Shown here one piece after another: positions 27,571 to 37,223 of a DNA stretch of 64,000 nt. Positions within the stretch are counted from its first letter, which is position 1. Every line of letters starts with the position of its first letter. The notes under the pieces are model-generated. The model saw only the letters and a list, made by a program, of their open reading frames with translations, was not told the origin of the DNA and did not search any database. The position numbers and the translations under genes were made by a program. The stretch lies in NCBI GenBank assembly GCA_041738135.1, contig JBGSQK010000046.1, positions 390 to 64,389 of the forward strand. Direction: 5' to 3'. The DNA is from Alphaproteobacteria bacterium. GTDB lineage: Bacteria; Pseudomonadota; Alphaproteobacteria; JAGOMX01.

Positions 27571-28029
27571 TTACCCAGCATTTACCTTAATATATTTCCC
27601 CATTAGCTCCGCCTCAGCCAGCACATGGTCTTTCATGCGTGATTCGATTTGCGCAGGGGTTGCGCCATCGTCCAGATCCAGCTCACAATCCAGTGCATAG
27701 AGCCTGAAATAATAACGATGCTTGCCTGATGGTGGGCATGGCCCGCCGTAATCATTGCGTTTCCAGCTATTCATACCAAAGCCGGTGCCTTTAGGGAATT
27801 CTTTGACGTTTTGTGCCAACCCCGTCAAACTAGCTGGCAAATTAAAAAACAACCAGTGATACCACCCCCCTGGAAAAGGCGCATCCGGATCATGACATAT
27901 CATTGCTAGTGTCTTGGCCTTAGCAGGCACATCCGACCAACTGAGCTCAGGCGAAATATCTTCACCCTCGCAGGTAAACACTTGGGGGATATCCCCTTCA
28001 TGATCAAAATCTTTACTGGTAAATTTCAT
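27571..28029 (-). CDS. PEBP / YbhB-YbcL family protein (Raf-kinase-inhibitor-like), cytoplasmic paralogue
   Basis: DPDAPFPGGWYHW...GPCPPSGKHRYYFRLYALD, the PEBP signature (DPDxP ... GxHRY). Confidence 0.8.
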   Translation of the reverse strand: MKFTSKDFDHEGDIPQVFTCEGEDISPELSWSDVPAKAKTLAMICHDPDAPFPGGWYHWLFFNLPASLTGLAQNVKEFPKGTGFGMNSWKRNDYGGPCPPSGKHRYYFRLYALDCELDLDDGATPAQIESRMKDHVLAEAELMGKYIKVNAG

Positions 28030-28158
28030 TTATTTTCTCTCCATTTAATGATGTACAGTCACTGCGCACCAAAGTTAAAGGCATACACCTCAAGCCTTGC
28101 CAGATTCGGCTTGCGCGCAAATAAATTGAAGCCAACGAATGCAAAAATCCATCCTGAC

Positions 28159-28686
28159 TTATCCTTTGATTTTTTCGTATTTACCCATTAATTCTGCCTG
28201 GCCCAGCACATGACCTTTCATGGCTTGCTCCACCTTGTCCTTATTTGCTCCCTCAGGAAGATCCAGTTTTATATCGAGGGCATAAAGTCTGAAGTAATAA
28301 CGATGAGATCCTGTAGGTGGGCATGGACCGCGGTATTCATTTTTCTTTGAGCTATTCTGACCGCGCACAGCTCCTTTGGGATACTCTACCATGGCTTGCG
28401 GCAATCCCTTGATTGTAACAGGCAGGTTAAAGAGAACCCAATGAGTCCAACCACCTTCATGGGGGGCATCCGGATCATGGACAATCAACGCCAACGACTG
28501 CGCTTTCGCGGGAACATCGGACCAGCTCAACTCAGGGGAGTTATCTTTTCCCTCACAAGTGAATACCTGGGGAATTTTTCCTTCATTAACAAAGTCTTTG
28601 CTTTTTAGTGTCATTGCAAATACATTGCTTGAAACTAGAAAACACATCAAGATAAAGGTACTTTTAAACATTTTATTTTTCTCCAC
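28159..28686 (-). CDS. PEBP / YbcL-like protein with a signal peptide, a periplasmic paralogue of the upstream gene
   Basis: The N-terminus FILMCFLVSSNVFAMT is a signal peptide. HDPDAPHEGGWTHW...GPCPPTGSHRYYFRLYALD matches the PEBP signature. It is in tandem with 27571-28029. Confidence 0.8.
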   Translation of the reverse strand: MEKNKMFKSTFILMCFLVSSNVFAMTLKSKDFVNEGKIPQVFTCEGKDNSPELSWSDVPAKAQSLALIVHDPDAPHEGGWTHWVLFNLPVTIKGLPQAMVEYPKGAVRGQNSSKKNEYRGPCPPTGSHRYYFRLYALDIKLDLPEGANKDKVEQAMKGHVLGQAELMGKYEKIKG

Positions 28687-28796
28687 CGTTGCAATTCATT
28701 ATGTCATTTTTATTGCACCAGATCAATAAATGTGGTTCTGAATTAGAAAATTATGATAGATTGAGACAAGTATAATTTGACAATACAGGACATTCA

Positions 28797-29099
28797 ATGC
28801 GCCAAACTACGCTATTCTCCCTCGTTTTATGCAACGGCCTCTATTTGATCAGCATAGCCATGTCTGCTTCTTTTATCTGGAATTTATATTGGGTCATTGA
28901 AACAACCACGCATAGCTTTGATCTCAGCTCCATAATTGAAATAGCAGGCAGCGTCATGGCCATTTTATTAATGATCACAAGCATGATCGCTGGTTGGAGC
29001 CTCTTTAAGGAAAATAGATATAAGCTCGCCATAACGATCTCTATGGCGCCCATGTTTTTATACTTCATGATAACTGCTTTACCTCAGATTTTTTGGTAA
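28797..29099 (+). CDS. Hypothetical small membrane protein
   Basis: 100-aa ORF with about three hydrophobic helices. It has no homologue I recognise and its coding status is uncertain. Confidence 0.3.
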   Translation: MRQTTLFSLVLCNGLYLISIAMSASFIWNLYWVIETTTHSFDLSSIIEIAGSVMAILLMITSMIAGWSLFKENRYKLAITISMAPMFLYFMITALPQIFW

Positions 29100-29214
29100 G
29101 ATCCAAAATGGATAAACTTTTCACCTTACTCAGAAAAATAAATCCTAAAAATTGAAATTTTTCCTTGTCAAAACAAAATATCGCCTTATATTAGTTTGGA
29201 GTGCATAATTTGTT

Positions 29215-29243
29215 TTGACAGATTCTGGGAGAACTAGTATAAC
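29215..29243 (+). promoter_or_regulatory. Sigma-70-like promoter (TTGACA-17 nt-TATAAC) driving a roughly 160-nt 5' UTR of cspA
   Basis: ttgaca gattctgggagaactag tataac, ending 165 bp upstream of the cspA start. Long structured 5' UTRs are typical of cold-shock genes. Confidence 0.4.
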
Positions 29244-29407
29244 TCGATAAGTCAGAGTTTTCTATGACTCTTCTCAACCACATTACGGACCTCCGGGTAC
29301 GTAAAATTTCCTTAAGGACGTTAGGTGTTTGAATAAAGAGTTAGGACCCTCAGGTCTAGAATAGACTCATGCATGACACCAGACGGAACATAGTAAAGGA
29401 GAATTTT

Positions 29408-29614
29408 ATGTCCACAGGTACAGTAAAGTGGTTTAATCCCACAAAAGGTTATGGATTTATCCAGCCAGAAGATAACGGCGCCGACGTGTTTGTACACATC
29501 TCAGCTGTAGAGCAAGCAGGAATGCACACCCTTCAAGAAGGGCAACGCCTCAGCTTTGAGCTCGCCAACAATCGTGGGAAGGTTTCTGCCACTGATCTTA
29601 AGCTGTTAAGCTAA
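29408..29614 (+). CDS. cspA: Cold-shock protein, CspA family. The start is at MSTG with the RBS aaggaga; the ORF track starts at 29369.
   Basis: MSTGTVKWFNPTKGYGFIQPEDNGADVFVHISAV contains the RNP1 (KGYGFI) and RNP2 (VFVHI) motifs. Confidence 0.9.
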   Translation: MSTGTVKWFNPTKGYGFIQPEDNGADVFVHISAVEQAGMHTLQEGQRLSFELANNRGKVSATDLKLLS

Positions 29615-30018
29615 GTTCTAGTACACCCATTATTTAATATTACTAGGGTAACACCAGTTTTTAACTGTGGTTACCCTTTAGTTTTAACTCCCCCCAGCAT
29701 TAACCATGTAACTTCTCAAACAGGGCGTTAGAACTCAGAAAAGCGAAAACCGGCAAGTCCAATGACTTGTCCTCTGCAGCCTTGGTGAAGGCGGAAACCC
29801 TTTGTGGGGAAAGAGGAATTGGATCGAACACCTCAGGGTTTCGAACATGACGGATAATAACTCTTCAACAGTGCGTTAAAACGGAGTCATTCAGATTCAT
29901 TGTCCATAAGACATTGGGTTTTGACTAAAGTTACATAACACGCCAAAGGATGAGTTGGCTCCCAGCTTTTAAATTTTATTTATTCATATAGTTGAGGAGT
30001 TACCTTTGGAATCGAAAC

Positions 30019-32010
30019 ATGACAAACTTTCAAGAAATGAACGTGCCTGCGTATCTTGTGCAATCACTGGAACGCATGCAAATTACCGAACCGACACCGG
30101 TTCAAAGCAAAGCCATCCCATTGGGTCTAGAAGGCCATGATATATTGGCGTCGGCTCAAACCGGTACCGGCAAGACAATTGCCTATTTAATTCCCCTTAT
30201 TACGAAGCTTGCGGAATCACCCACCAGCACAGCCCTTATTTTAACACCCACCAGAGAACTGGCAACCCAGGTTCGTGATTCCATCACACAGCTGTTGGGA
30301 CGCAAAAATGATTTCGGTCTCGCACTGATCATTGGTGGTGAAGCCATTTCCAAGCAATTCATGCAGCTGAGAAGCCGCCCTCGTTTGGTTATCGGTACAC
30401 CTGGTCGCGTAATCGACCACTTGCATCGCCGCACACTCAACCTTGCCCACACCGGCTTTTTGGTTTTGGATGAAACGGATCGCATGCTGGACATGGGCTT
30501 CCACGAGCAACTTAAGGAGCTCTGTCAGTTCTTACCCGATGAGCGTCAAACATTCATGTTCTCGGCCACTATGCCTGACAACATTATCAAGCTGGCACAG
30601 CAATACCTGAAGAACCCACAACGCATTTCTATTGGTTCTACGACTCAGCCTATTGCTAAGATCAAGCAAGATATTATGCACACAACCAATGCGGACAAGT
30701 TTTCCCATTTGTTGAAAGAACTTGATTCCCGTGAAGGCTCCATCATCGTTTTCGTAAAAACAAAACGTGGCGCCGATGAATTGGTATTGAAACTACAACA
30801 TAAGAATCACAGCGCCGAAGCCATCCATGGTGACTTGAAGCAGCATAAGCGTGATCGTGTGATCCGCGAATTCCGTAACAAGAAAAACCGTATTATGGTG
30901 GCAACAGACATCGCAGCCCGTGGTTTGGACGTGCCTCACATTGAGCACGTGGTGAACTACGATTTGCCACAATGCCCTGAGGACTACATTCACCGTATTG
31001 GCCGTACCGGCCGTGCAGGTGCTGTTGGCCAGGCCATTACGCTTATTTCACCACAAGAAGGACGGTTGTGGAGAATGATTCACAACCTTATCAATCCTGG
31101 CACACCATGTAACTTGCCACAAGGCTATAACATTGCCCCACCTCCCCGCGGCGGCAGACGCCCTGGCGTCAGCAGTGGCGGCAGATCCGGTGGAGCAAGA
31201 CCTTTCAGCCGTGATGGCGGATCTCGCAGTCGCGACGACCGTCCTCGTGAAGGCGGATTCTCCGAGCGCCGCGGACCTTCCACACGTGACCGCAGCGATG
31301 CACCACGTGAAGGCGGTTTCAGCGAACGCAGAGGTCCTCGCGAAGATCGTCCCCGTGATGATCGTCCACGCGAAGGTGGTTTTGGTGAGCGCAGAAGTTT
31401 CTCAGGCGATCGCGACGAGCGTCCCCGTGAAGGCGGCTACGCACCACGCAGAGCCCCATCAACCGGTGAACGCAGTTATGCACCCCGCGAAGGTGGATTC
31501 AACTCACGCGGCCCAGGTTCACGTGACCGTGATGATCGTCCCCGTGAAGGCGGTTTTGCTTCACGCAGAGGCCCTTCATCAGGTGATCGTGATGATCGTC
31601 CTCGCGAAGGCGGTTTTGCTTCACGCAGAGGCCCATCAGAAGACCGTCCACGCGAAGGTGGCTTTGCCTCTCGCAGAGGCCCTTCTGATGATCGCCCCCG
31701 CGCAGGTGGCTTTGCCTCAAGAGGTCCATCAACCCGTGATCGTGATGATCGTCCCCGTGAAGGTGGTTTCTCCTCAAGAGGCCCATCAACCCGTGATCGT
31801 GATGACCGTCCCCGTGAAGGTGGCTTTGCCTCCCGCGCTAGACCCGCAGCAGGTGGCCGTAGCGAAGGTGGCTTTGCAGCCCGCAAAGGACCAAGTGCCC
31901 CACGCGCCGGCGGTGCATTCCGCGGCGCAGCATCATCCCGCTCATCAGATGGCGGCCACGCCCCAGCATTCAGCCGCGGCGCCAAAAGGCCAACGGCTAA
32001 AAGAGTGTAA
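30019..32010 (+). CDS. rhlE: DEAD-box ATP-dependent RNA helicase (RhlE-like) with a long Arg/Gly-rich repetitive C-terminal tail. The start is taken at MTNFQEM; the ORF track starts at 29992.
   Basis: Q-motif TPVQ, motif I AQTGTGKT, PTRELA, the DEAD box as VLDETD, SAT, and HRIGRTGRAG. The C-terminal roughly 300 aa are about 17 degenerate copies of DR(D)DRPREGGF(A/S)SRRGPS. Confidence 0.85.
   Translation: MTNFQEMNVPAYLVQSLERMQITEPTPVQSKAIPLGLEGHDILASAQTGTGKTIAYLIPLITKLAESPTSTALILTPTRELATQVRDSITQLLGRKNDFGLALIIGGEAISKQFMQLRSRPRLVIGTPGRVIDHLHRRTLNLAHTGFLVLDETDRMLDMGFHEQLKELCQFLPDERQTFMFSATMPDNIIKLAQQYLKNPQRISIGSTTQPIAKIKQDIMHTTNADKFSHLLKELDSREGSIIVFVKTKRGADELVLKLQHKNHSAEAIHGDLKQHKRDRVIREFRNKKNRIMVATDIAARGLDVPHIEHVVNYDLPQCPEDYIHRIGRTGRAGAVGQAITLISPQEGRLWRMIHNLINPGTPCNLPQGYNIAPPPRGGRRPGVSSGGRSGGARPFSRDGGSRSRDDRPREGGFSERRGPSTRDRSDAPREGGFSERRGPREDRPRDDRPREGGFGERRSFSGDRDERPREGGYAPRRAPSTGERSYAPREGGFNSRGPGSRDRDDRPREGGFASRRGPSSGDRDDRPREGGFASRRGPSEDRPREGGFASRRGPSDDRPRAGGFASRGPSTRDRDDRPREGGFSSRGPSTRDRDDRPREGGFASRARPAAGGRSEGGFAARKGPSAPRAGGAFRGAASSRSSDGGHAPAFSRGAKRPTAKRV
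31190..31900 (+). repeat. Intragenic degenerate tandem DNA repeats (about 45-60 bp units) encoding the RGG-like tail of the helicase
   Basis: Iterated cgtgatgatcgtccccgtgaaggcggttttgcttcacgcagaggccc-type units. The alternate-frame ORFs 31133-32014 (+) and 31476-31985 (-) are repeat artefacts. Confidence 0.7.
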
Positions 32011-32023
32011 TTAACACATACGT

Positions 32024-32058
32024 GAAAAACCCCCGGGCAATAGCTCGGGGGTTTTTTT
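32024..32058 (+). terminator. Rho-independent terminator after the helicase gene
   Basis: cccccgggcaatagctcggggg followed by ttttttt. Confidence 0.6.
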
Positions 32059-32166
32059 GTTTGCTATCAAGCAATTTATAATTTTCAACTCCAACGCAAT
32101 AGAATCAAATCTTGTTTTCCTATGGAAAACTGCTAAATTTCAACAAAGATAATAAGGATTCAGCTC

Positions 32167-32658
32167 ATGCAAAAAACAACAACCCAGCTTCCAGAGATAA
32201 AATTAATTGGCAAGACCGTGCGTACCTCAAATAAAGCCGAGGAGAATTTTGAGACTGGGAAATTGTTTCCATGCGTTCGTGATTATTTTCATCAGGATGT
32301 CGCTTCATCCATAGCAAATCGCAAAAAGCCTGGGACTACATACTGCGTTTATGCGGACTATGAGAGCGATCACAATGGTGAGTATACGTACCTAATAGGT
32401 GAAGAGGTTAGCTCATTTGACTCTATCCCAGATGGTCTGGAAAAATACATTATTCAGCCACAAACCTATACAAAATTCACCAACGGCCCTGCCCCCATGC
32501 CGCAAGCTGTTAAAGAACCTTGGCATAAAATATGGGCCATGTCCAATGATGAACTAGGCGGCGAGCGTCGTTATCACGCTGACTTTGAAATCTACGATGA
32601 ACGAGCCGCAGATCATGAGAATATCGTTTTGGATATTTATATTGGCGTTAAGGGTTAA
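32167..32658 (+). CDS. GyrI-like / AraC-effector-binding-domain small-molecule-binding protein
   Basis: 163 aa with the GyrI-like fold pattern (N-terminal beta strands, conserved E/W in ...EPWHKIW...). It resembles the SbmC/YdeE family. This is a judgement from sequence pattern only. Confidence 0.5.
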   Translation: MQKTTTQLPEIKLIGKTVRTSNKAEENFETGKLFPCVRDYFHQDVASSIANRKKPGTTYCVYADYESDHNGEYTYLIGEEVSSFDSIPDGLEKYIIQPQTYTKFTNGPAPMPQAVKEPWHKIWAMSNDELGGERRYHADFEIYDERAADHENIVLDIYIGVKG

Positions 32659-32670
32659 AGGCATACAGCC

Positions 32671-33321
32671 ATGAAAACAGAAGCAATGTTGTCACTCCCC
32701 ATGCATCCTGACCCAAATACCCTTTACCCTATTCCTGGTGTAACCCGCGTATGTTATTTAAAAAATATCATAACCAAACCGCAAATCGTCGTGGGCGATT
32801 ATACTTATTATGATGACCCTGAGGATGTGTATAACTTTGAAAAGAATATCCAGTATCTCTATGATTTTGTACCCGAAAAGATCATCATCGGTAAGTTCTG
32901 CCAAATCGCAACAGGCATCAGGTTTATGACTAATGGTGGCAATCATGCACTTGATGGGGTATCCACATATCCCTTTAAGGTTTTTGGAAAATCGTGGTCT
33001 GAAGCTCCTTTAAATACTGTCAGCAAAGGCGATACGGTGGTTGGCAATGATGTCTGGATTGGCAATTCCGTTACAATCATGCATGGCATCAAAATTGGCC
33101 ACGGCGCCATTATAGGCACCAATGCTTTGGTGACAAAAGACATCGAGCCTTACTCAATCGTCGGAGGCAACCCCGCAAAGCTCATACGAAAGAGATTCGA
33201 TGATGAAACCATCGAGTTTCTGCTCGAACTTGCTTGGTGGAACTGGCCCATAGAAAAGATATCTGAAAATATTGAAGCTATTACAACTGCCGATTTTAAA
33301 ACACTAAGAAGCACTATGTAA
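32671..33321 (+). CDS. vat: Vat-family streptogramin A O-acetyltransferase (xenobiotic acetyltransferase, hexapeptide-repeat)
   Basis: It is close to Staphylococcus VatA over its whole length. Matching stretches include HPDPNTLYPIPG, VGDYTYYD, STYPFKVF, and GNDVWIGNSVTIMHGIKIGHGAIIGTNALVTKDIEPYSIVGGNPAKLIRKRFDDETIEFLLELAWWNWPIEKI. Confidence 0.85.
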   Translation: MKTEAMLSLPMHPDPNTLYPIPGVTRVCYLKNIITKPQIVVGDYTYYDDPEDVYNFEKNIQYLYDFVPEKIIIGKFCQIATGIRFMTNGGNHALDGVSTYPFKVFGKSWSEAPLNTVSKGDTVVGNDVWIGNSVTIMHGIKIGHGAIIGTNALVTKDIEPYSIVGGNPAKLIRKRFDDETIEFLLELAWWNWPIEKISENIEAITTADFKTLRSTM

Positions 33322-33418
33322 TAGAGCTAACCAACTTCATTTTAATTGGCTGCAACCACCCCCTTGATTCCCAGATGCAAGCTGTTAATATATTACAAGT
33401 ATCAATTAGGAAAAACCT

Positions 33419-34138
33419 ATGAAACGGTTGATCACATTGACTTTTGCTGCGCTTTTGGGCACTTGTTTCACGTTAAAGGCCAGTGATAACGAAGGGTTAG
33501 ACAAGAAACCCTCGCCCGCCATTCGCAAAGCGCTTTTGTATACTCCACCTGCAGCACAAAGAGAACGAAAACTTGAGAAAGAGCGTCAAGCAGAGGAGAA
33601 GCAGAAACGTATAGATCGGGCTAACGCATCACTTCATAAATTTGCCTATGACCCGGACTTCTCAACACTAAGAGAGGTCAATGCTGTCTTTGCAACCTTT
33701 CGTTCCGATGAAACAAAGGCTCTTTCGCTGCGGGTATTACAAGATACCAACAAGAAAGTCCAAGACCACCTGCCCACGTGTTATTGCTATTTGGAATGGA
33801 TGACGTTTTTACTGCAAAAAGATAATTACAGAAACATTATCCTCTATTGTTCTCATATAGAGCAAATTTTTGATGAAACCTGGCATGCTAAAGATAGCTT
33901 TTCAGCACTTTGCCATTTGTACAAAGCCGTATGTGAAGATAATTCGGCCACCAGTAAGGCTTTTAAACAAATAGAGCAACTTTATGGCGAAAAAATTGAT
34001 GAAACGTTGTGTGTATACAATCCCTGGTCATGCAAGATTCTACAGACATGCAACAGATTGTTGACAGACGCCAGCTTTAGAGAATTAGTAGTTATTACCT
34101 CAATTACTGCCATCTTTACCTGTATGACCGTCCTCTAA
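33419..34138 (+). CDS. Hypothetical secreted protein (paralogue A)
   Basis: Signal peptide MKRLITLTFAALLGTCFTLKA. It shares a NIILYC...LC.LY motif block with the next gene. Confidence 0.45.
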   Translation: MKRLITLTFAALLGTCFTLKASDNEGLDKKPSPAIRKALLYTPPAAQRERKLEKERQAEEKQKRIDRANASLHKFAYDPDFSTLREVNAVFATFRSDETKALSLRVLQDTNKKVQDHLPTCYCYLEWMTFLLQKDNYRNIILYCSHIEQIFDETWHAKDSFSALCHLYKAVCEDNSATSKAFKQIEQLYGEKIDETLCVYNPWSCKILQTCNRLLTDASFRELVVITSITAIFTCMTVL

Positions 34139-34155
34139 CTCAAAGGAAATCAACT

Positions 34156-34827
34156 ATGAAAAAGCACATCAGCATTGTCTACCTCTTGTGGTTATCTCTT
34201 GCAACCACTGCATACGCAAGCTTGGAAGAACAAGAAGTGACTCAGAAATTAAACTCCATGTCTGAAACGGAAAGGAAAGTTCATAGCCTATCATTGCTTT
34301 TATCTAACTTTGTGCACCATGAGCATTTAAGCCAGTTGGTTGATTTTAATGCGGAAGCAGCTGAATTAAAAACTGATGAGGTTAGCAAGATCAATTCAAC
34401 CCTGTTAACAGAAGTGCAGGAGATCCTCGAAGATAAATTACCCATGGAGATATCCGCTTTTGAAATGGGTCAATTTCCACTCTATGAGGCTTGGTACAAA
34501 AACATCATCCTTTATTGCGCCATCAATAAAAACCAACTGACCAATTCAAGGGACTTTAAAGATCGTTTGCTCGCAGTCTGTTCGCTTTATCGTAGCTGGT
34601 ATAATGATGAAAACAACCAAGTGACACAAGCGATTGGTTCCATATATGAACATTACCAAGTTACTGACGAAGCTACCCCTATGTTCAAAGTCATTAATGA
34701 TTTCGATTTTACCGATCAAACCATTTTTTCAATGGCCTATGGCTTTAGCTATATTACATCTAAACCCCATCGAACCTATGCCACACTTGCAGTGGTAGCG
34801 GGGATTGCTGTGTGGGGACTGTTATAG
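34156..34827 (+). CDS. Hypothetical secreted protein (paralogue B) with a C-terminal hydrophobic anchor
   Basis: Signal peptide MKKHISIVYLLWLSLATTAYA. It carries the NIILYCAINKNQ...LLAVCSLYRSWYND block, paralogous to the upstream gene, and ends in a TM-like tail. Confidence 0.45.
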   Translation: MKKHISIVYLLWLSLATTAYASLEEQEVTQKLNSMSETERKVHSLSLLLSNFVHHEHLSQLVDFNAEAAELKTDEVSKINSTLLTEVQEILEDKLPMEISAFEMGQFPLYEAWYKNIILYCAINKNQLTNSRDFKDRLLAVCSLYRSWYNDENNQVTQAIGSIYEHYQVTDEATPMFKVINDFDFTDQTIFSMAYGFSYITSKPHRTYATLAVVAGIAVWGLL

Positions 34828-35173
34828 ATCCATTGTAAACCACTCAAAGTAATAACTTTTTTAAGATCCATACCAATTTATCATACTAGATATTCGAAAG
34901 TACTATTGTTCTTTGGTGAACAATTCCGATATATATTCTAGTAGTTAAGATGGTTCATTGAGTTAGATGTTTTATTTTACAATGAGTTATGTTGGTTTGG
35001 TGTTAATGGATTAGACTTTTTTTAGTAGAACTAGCTAGAATGTTAAACATGTTATGGTTTTATATGTTAATACGATTACAGCAAGCCTGTCTTCTGGTTC
35101 ATCGAAGGATGGATTAGAGGACGGCTTATAGCTCTTCCCTTAGTACTCAGGCTTCGTAACAGTGCCCCGACCC

Positions 35174-35288
35174 CGTCATTGCGAGCCCCACATGGGGCGT
35201 GGCAAGCTACAATTTGCGTGCAGTCAATGTATGTTGAACTGCGGCTCCACAGTAGATTGCCACGCCCCAAGAGGGGCTCGCAATGACG
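35174..35288. repeat. MITE-like palindromic element, family A copy 2
   Basis: ccgtcattgcgagccccacatggggcgtggcaagc...gattgccacgccccaagaggggctcgcaatgacgg. The ORF-track ORFs 35076-35336 and 35162-35344 are translations of this repeat. Confidence 0.8.
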
Positions 35289-35325
35289 GTAGAGTTGTAA
35301 ACTGTTTTCGTAGCCTAGATAATAA

Positions 35326-35360
35326 AAAACCCCCAACCAATTAAGGTTGGGGGTTTCTTA
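35326..35360 (-). terminator. Rho-independent terminator of tlc (minus strand; a weaker terminator on the plus strand)
   Basis: aaaaaa cccccaacc-aattaa-ggttggggg tttctt. On the minus strand the stem is followed by TTTTTTAT, just after the tlc stop at 35372. Confidence 0.65.
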
Positions 35361-35371
35361 ATTCAAACAGA

Positions 35372-36943
35372 CTACGCTGCTTTCTTTTGTGCCACAGGCT
35401 TTGCGGCCGCAGATTCTGCACTTTCGAAAAGCGCAAGCTTTTCTGTGTACAGCTTGCTCAGCTTACCAGCTGCTAGCATCCACAGGGCAATAACACCGAT
35501 CACGATGATACCCAAGTACGGCGCTATTTCAATAGCACTGCTGGCCGCAGTAATGATCAGGATCAGACCTGATACAAGACCACCACCGGCCTTACCCAAA
35601 CGGCCACCGATCACGTCCACAGCTGCCTTACCCTTAACCTTGAGTTCTTGGTCAAGTGGGATATAGGCCATCTCTTTAGTAGGGTCAAATAGCGAGTATT
35701 TAGTACCCTTACTGAAGATATTCTGCGCCGCGCCCAAGATTACCGCCATAAAGAGTGTGGAGGCGCCAAACATAGCTGCAAAGGGATCCATACTCTTTCC
35801 GAACAGAACGAATGCGAAGAACAGCGAGCCTGTAACCAAAAGCACAGCTGGCGTTATAATCGCACCAGTATACCATCCGAAACGGCGTACAATACCCTTG
35901 AACATCATGATCAAAGTCATCGTAACAATACCCGTTGTAGCTGAGAAAGCACCCATGAATGCGTTATATTCGTTCGGTGTAGGATACTGTTGCTTAACCA
36001 TACCCTTCCAGACGATTTCCACCAAGTTAATGGCCAGACCATAACCAATGATCAGGATAGCAATATAGCCCAGATACTTGGATTGAATCAGGTACTTGAA
36101 ACTCTCGCCGATTGTCAGCTTTGGCTTGTCTTTCTTAGGCTTACCAGCTACTTCTGCGTTATCGTAATACTTAGGATCAGTTAGCACGTTTGTATTCATC
36201 CAGCGATAAATAAGCATCACGGCAACACCCGATACCACCACAGCTGACATCATGTAATTGAGCGACACGCCCCATGCGTCAACGCCTTCTGGTAACGAAT
36301 CGCTGATCTGTGAGAAATAGCGAACCGTAAAGCCGGAACATATCAATGACATGTTGGCTAGCAAACCAAACAAACCGTAAAAGCGTTTAGCTTCTGTAGT
36401 GCGGGTAATTTCGTTCGCAAACTGCCAGAACAGTAAGGAAATCATCACACTTCCCCAAAGCTCAGACAACACATAGAACATGGAGTACGTCCAGTTACCC
36501 CAAACAGGAAACACATGCTGGAAGTTTGGGTAAGCCTGTTGTAAAGCAGTGATCGTCTCAAAGGATGGATGAATCAGTTCCTTGTTCGGATACAAGAAGA
36601 ATGCAAACGCTCCAAAATAGAGAACGAAAGCTGAAACCACTGCGTAGAAAACATTTTCCCGGCGCATGGCGTTGGACATCTTGGCATAAATAAGAACGAA
36701 CAAAACGGAAGCAGGAAGAACCAAACCTAACTTTAGGAATGGCAGCACGGCTGAGTCACCGCCTTGGGAAGTTATAACCAGAGAGTCTTTGGTATCACGT
36801 AAAATAGTGTAGACGAACAAAATGAAAAACATCATTGCGCCCATGGGCAAAAACTTCTTCATTTCGCTGTTGTGAATAGGCCAAAGCGCTGAACGCACCT
36901 TACCAAATTCGGGTTGAATTACATTCGAATTGTTATTTGACAT
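35372..36943 (-). CDS. tlc: ATP/ADP translocase (nucleotide transport protein, NTT/Tlc family). The start is at MSNNNSN with the RBS aaggaag; the ORF track extends it to 37048.
   Basis: Collinear with Rickettsia Tlc1. Matching stretches include KKFLPMGAMMFFILFVYTILRDTKDSLVIT, LFWQFANEITRTTEAKRFYGLFGLLAN, and MAYIPLDQELKVKGKAAVDVIGGRLGKAGG. It has 12 TM helices. Confidence 0.95.
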   Translation of the reverse strand: MSNNNSNVIQPEFGKVRSALWPIHNSEMKKFLPMGAMMFFILFVYTILRDTKDSLVITSQGGDSAVLPFLKLGLVLPASVLFVLIYAKMSNAMRRENVFYAVVSAFVLYFGAFAFFLYPNKELIHPSFETITALQQAYPNFQHVFPVWGNWTYSMFYVLSELWGSVMISLLFWQFANEITRTTEAKRFYGLFGLLANMSLICSGFTVRYFSQISDSLPEGVDAWGVSLNYMMSAVVVSGVAVMLIYRWMNTNVLTDPKYYDNAEVAGKPKKDKPKLTIGESFKYLIQSKYLGYIAILIIGYGLAINLVEIVWKGMVKQQYPTPNEYNAFMGAFSATTGIVTMTLIMMFKGIVRRFGWYTGAIITPAVLLVTGSLFFAFVLFGKSMDPFAAMFGASTLFMAVILGAAQNIFSKGTKYSLFDPTKEMAYIPLDQELKVKGKAAVDVIGGRLGKAGGGLVSGLILIITAASSAIEIAPYLGIIVIGVIALWMLAAGKLSKLYTEKLALFESAESAAAKPVAQKKAA

Positions 36944-37223
36944 AATGCTTCCTTTTTCTTTTACCATCATGGTTTTTGAGATGCATATGGTTGGCACTGT
37001 ACCAACCTTTAAGTGATAATCAATATGACAAGTAGATAAATTAATCAAGTAGTTATCTTAAATTTTATTTAAGTTCTTTATAAGTCCCTGGTAGATATCA
37101 ATTTATGGGAGCCCATCCTCATAGGATGTGGGAACCGGAACCTGCTCGCTTCTATGGCAATCAAATTCCGGGAACCCAATCCAGACGGCCATTAAGACAC
37201 GCTGGTGAACCAAAAAATACTAA

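Noticed and set aside
31133-32014. Alternative-frame ORFs (293 aa plus; 169 and 96 aa minus) inside the helicase gene
   Set aside because: They arise from the low-complexity GC-rich tandem repeats encoding the RGG-like tail. The helicase frame is the one continuous with the DEAD-box core.
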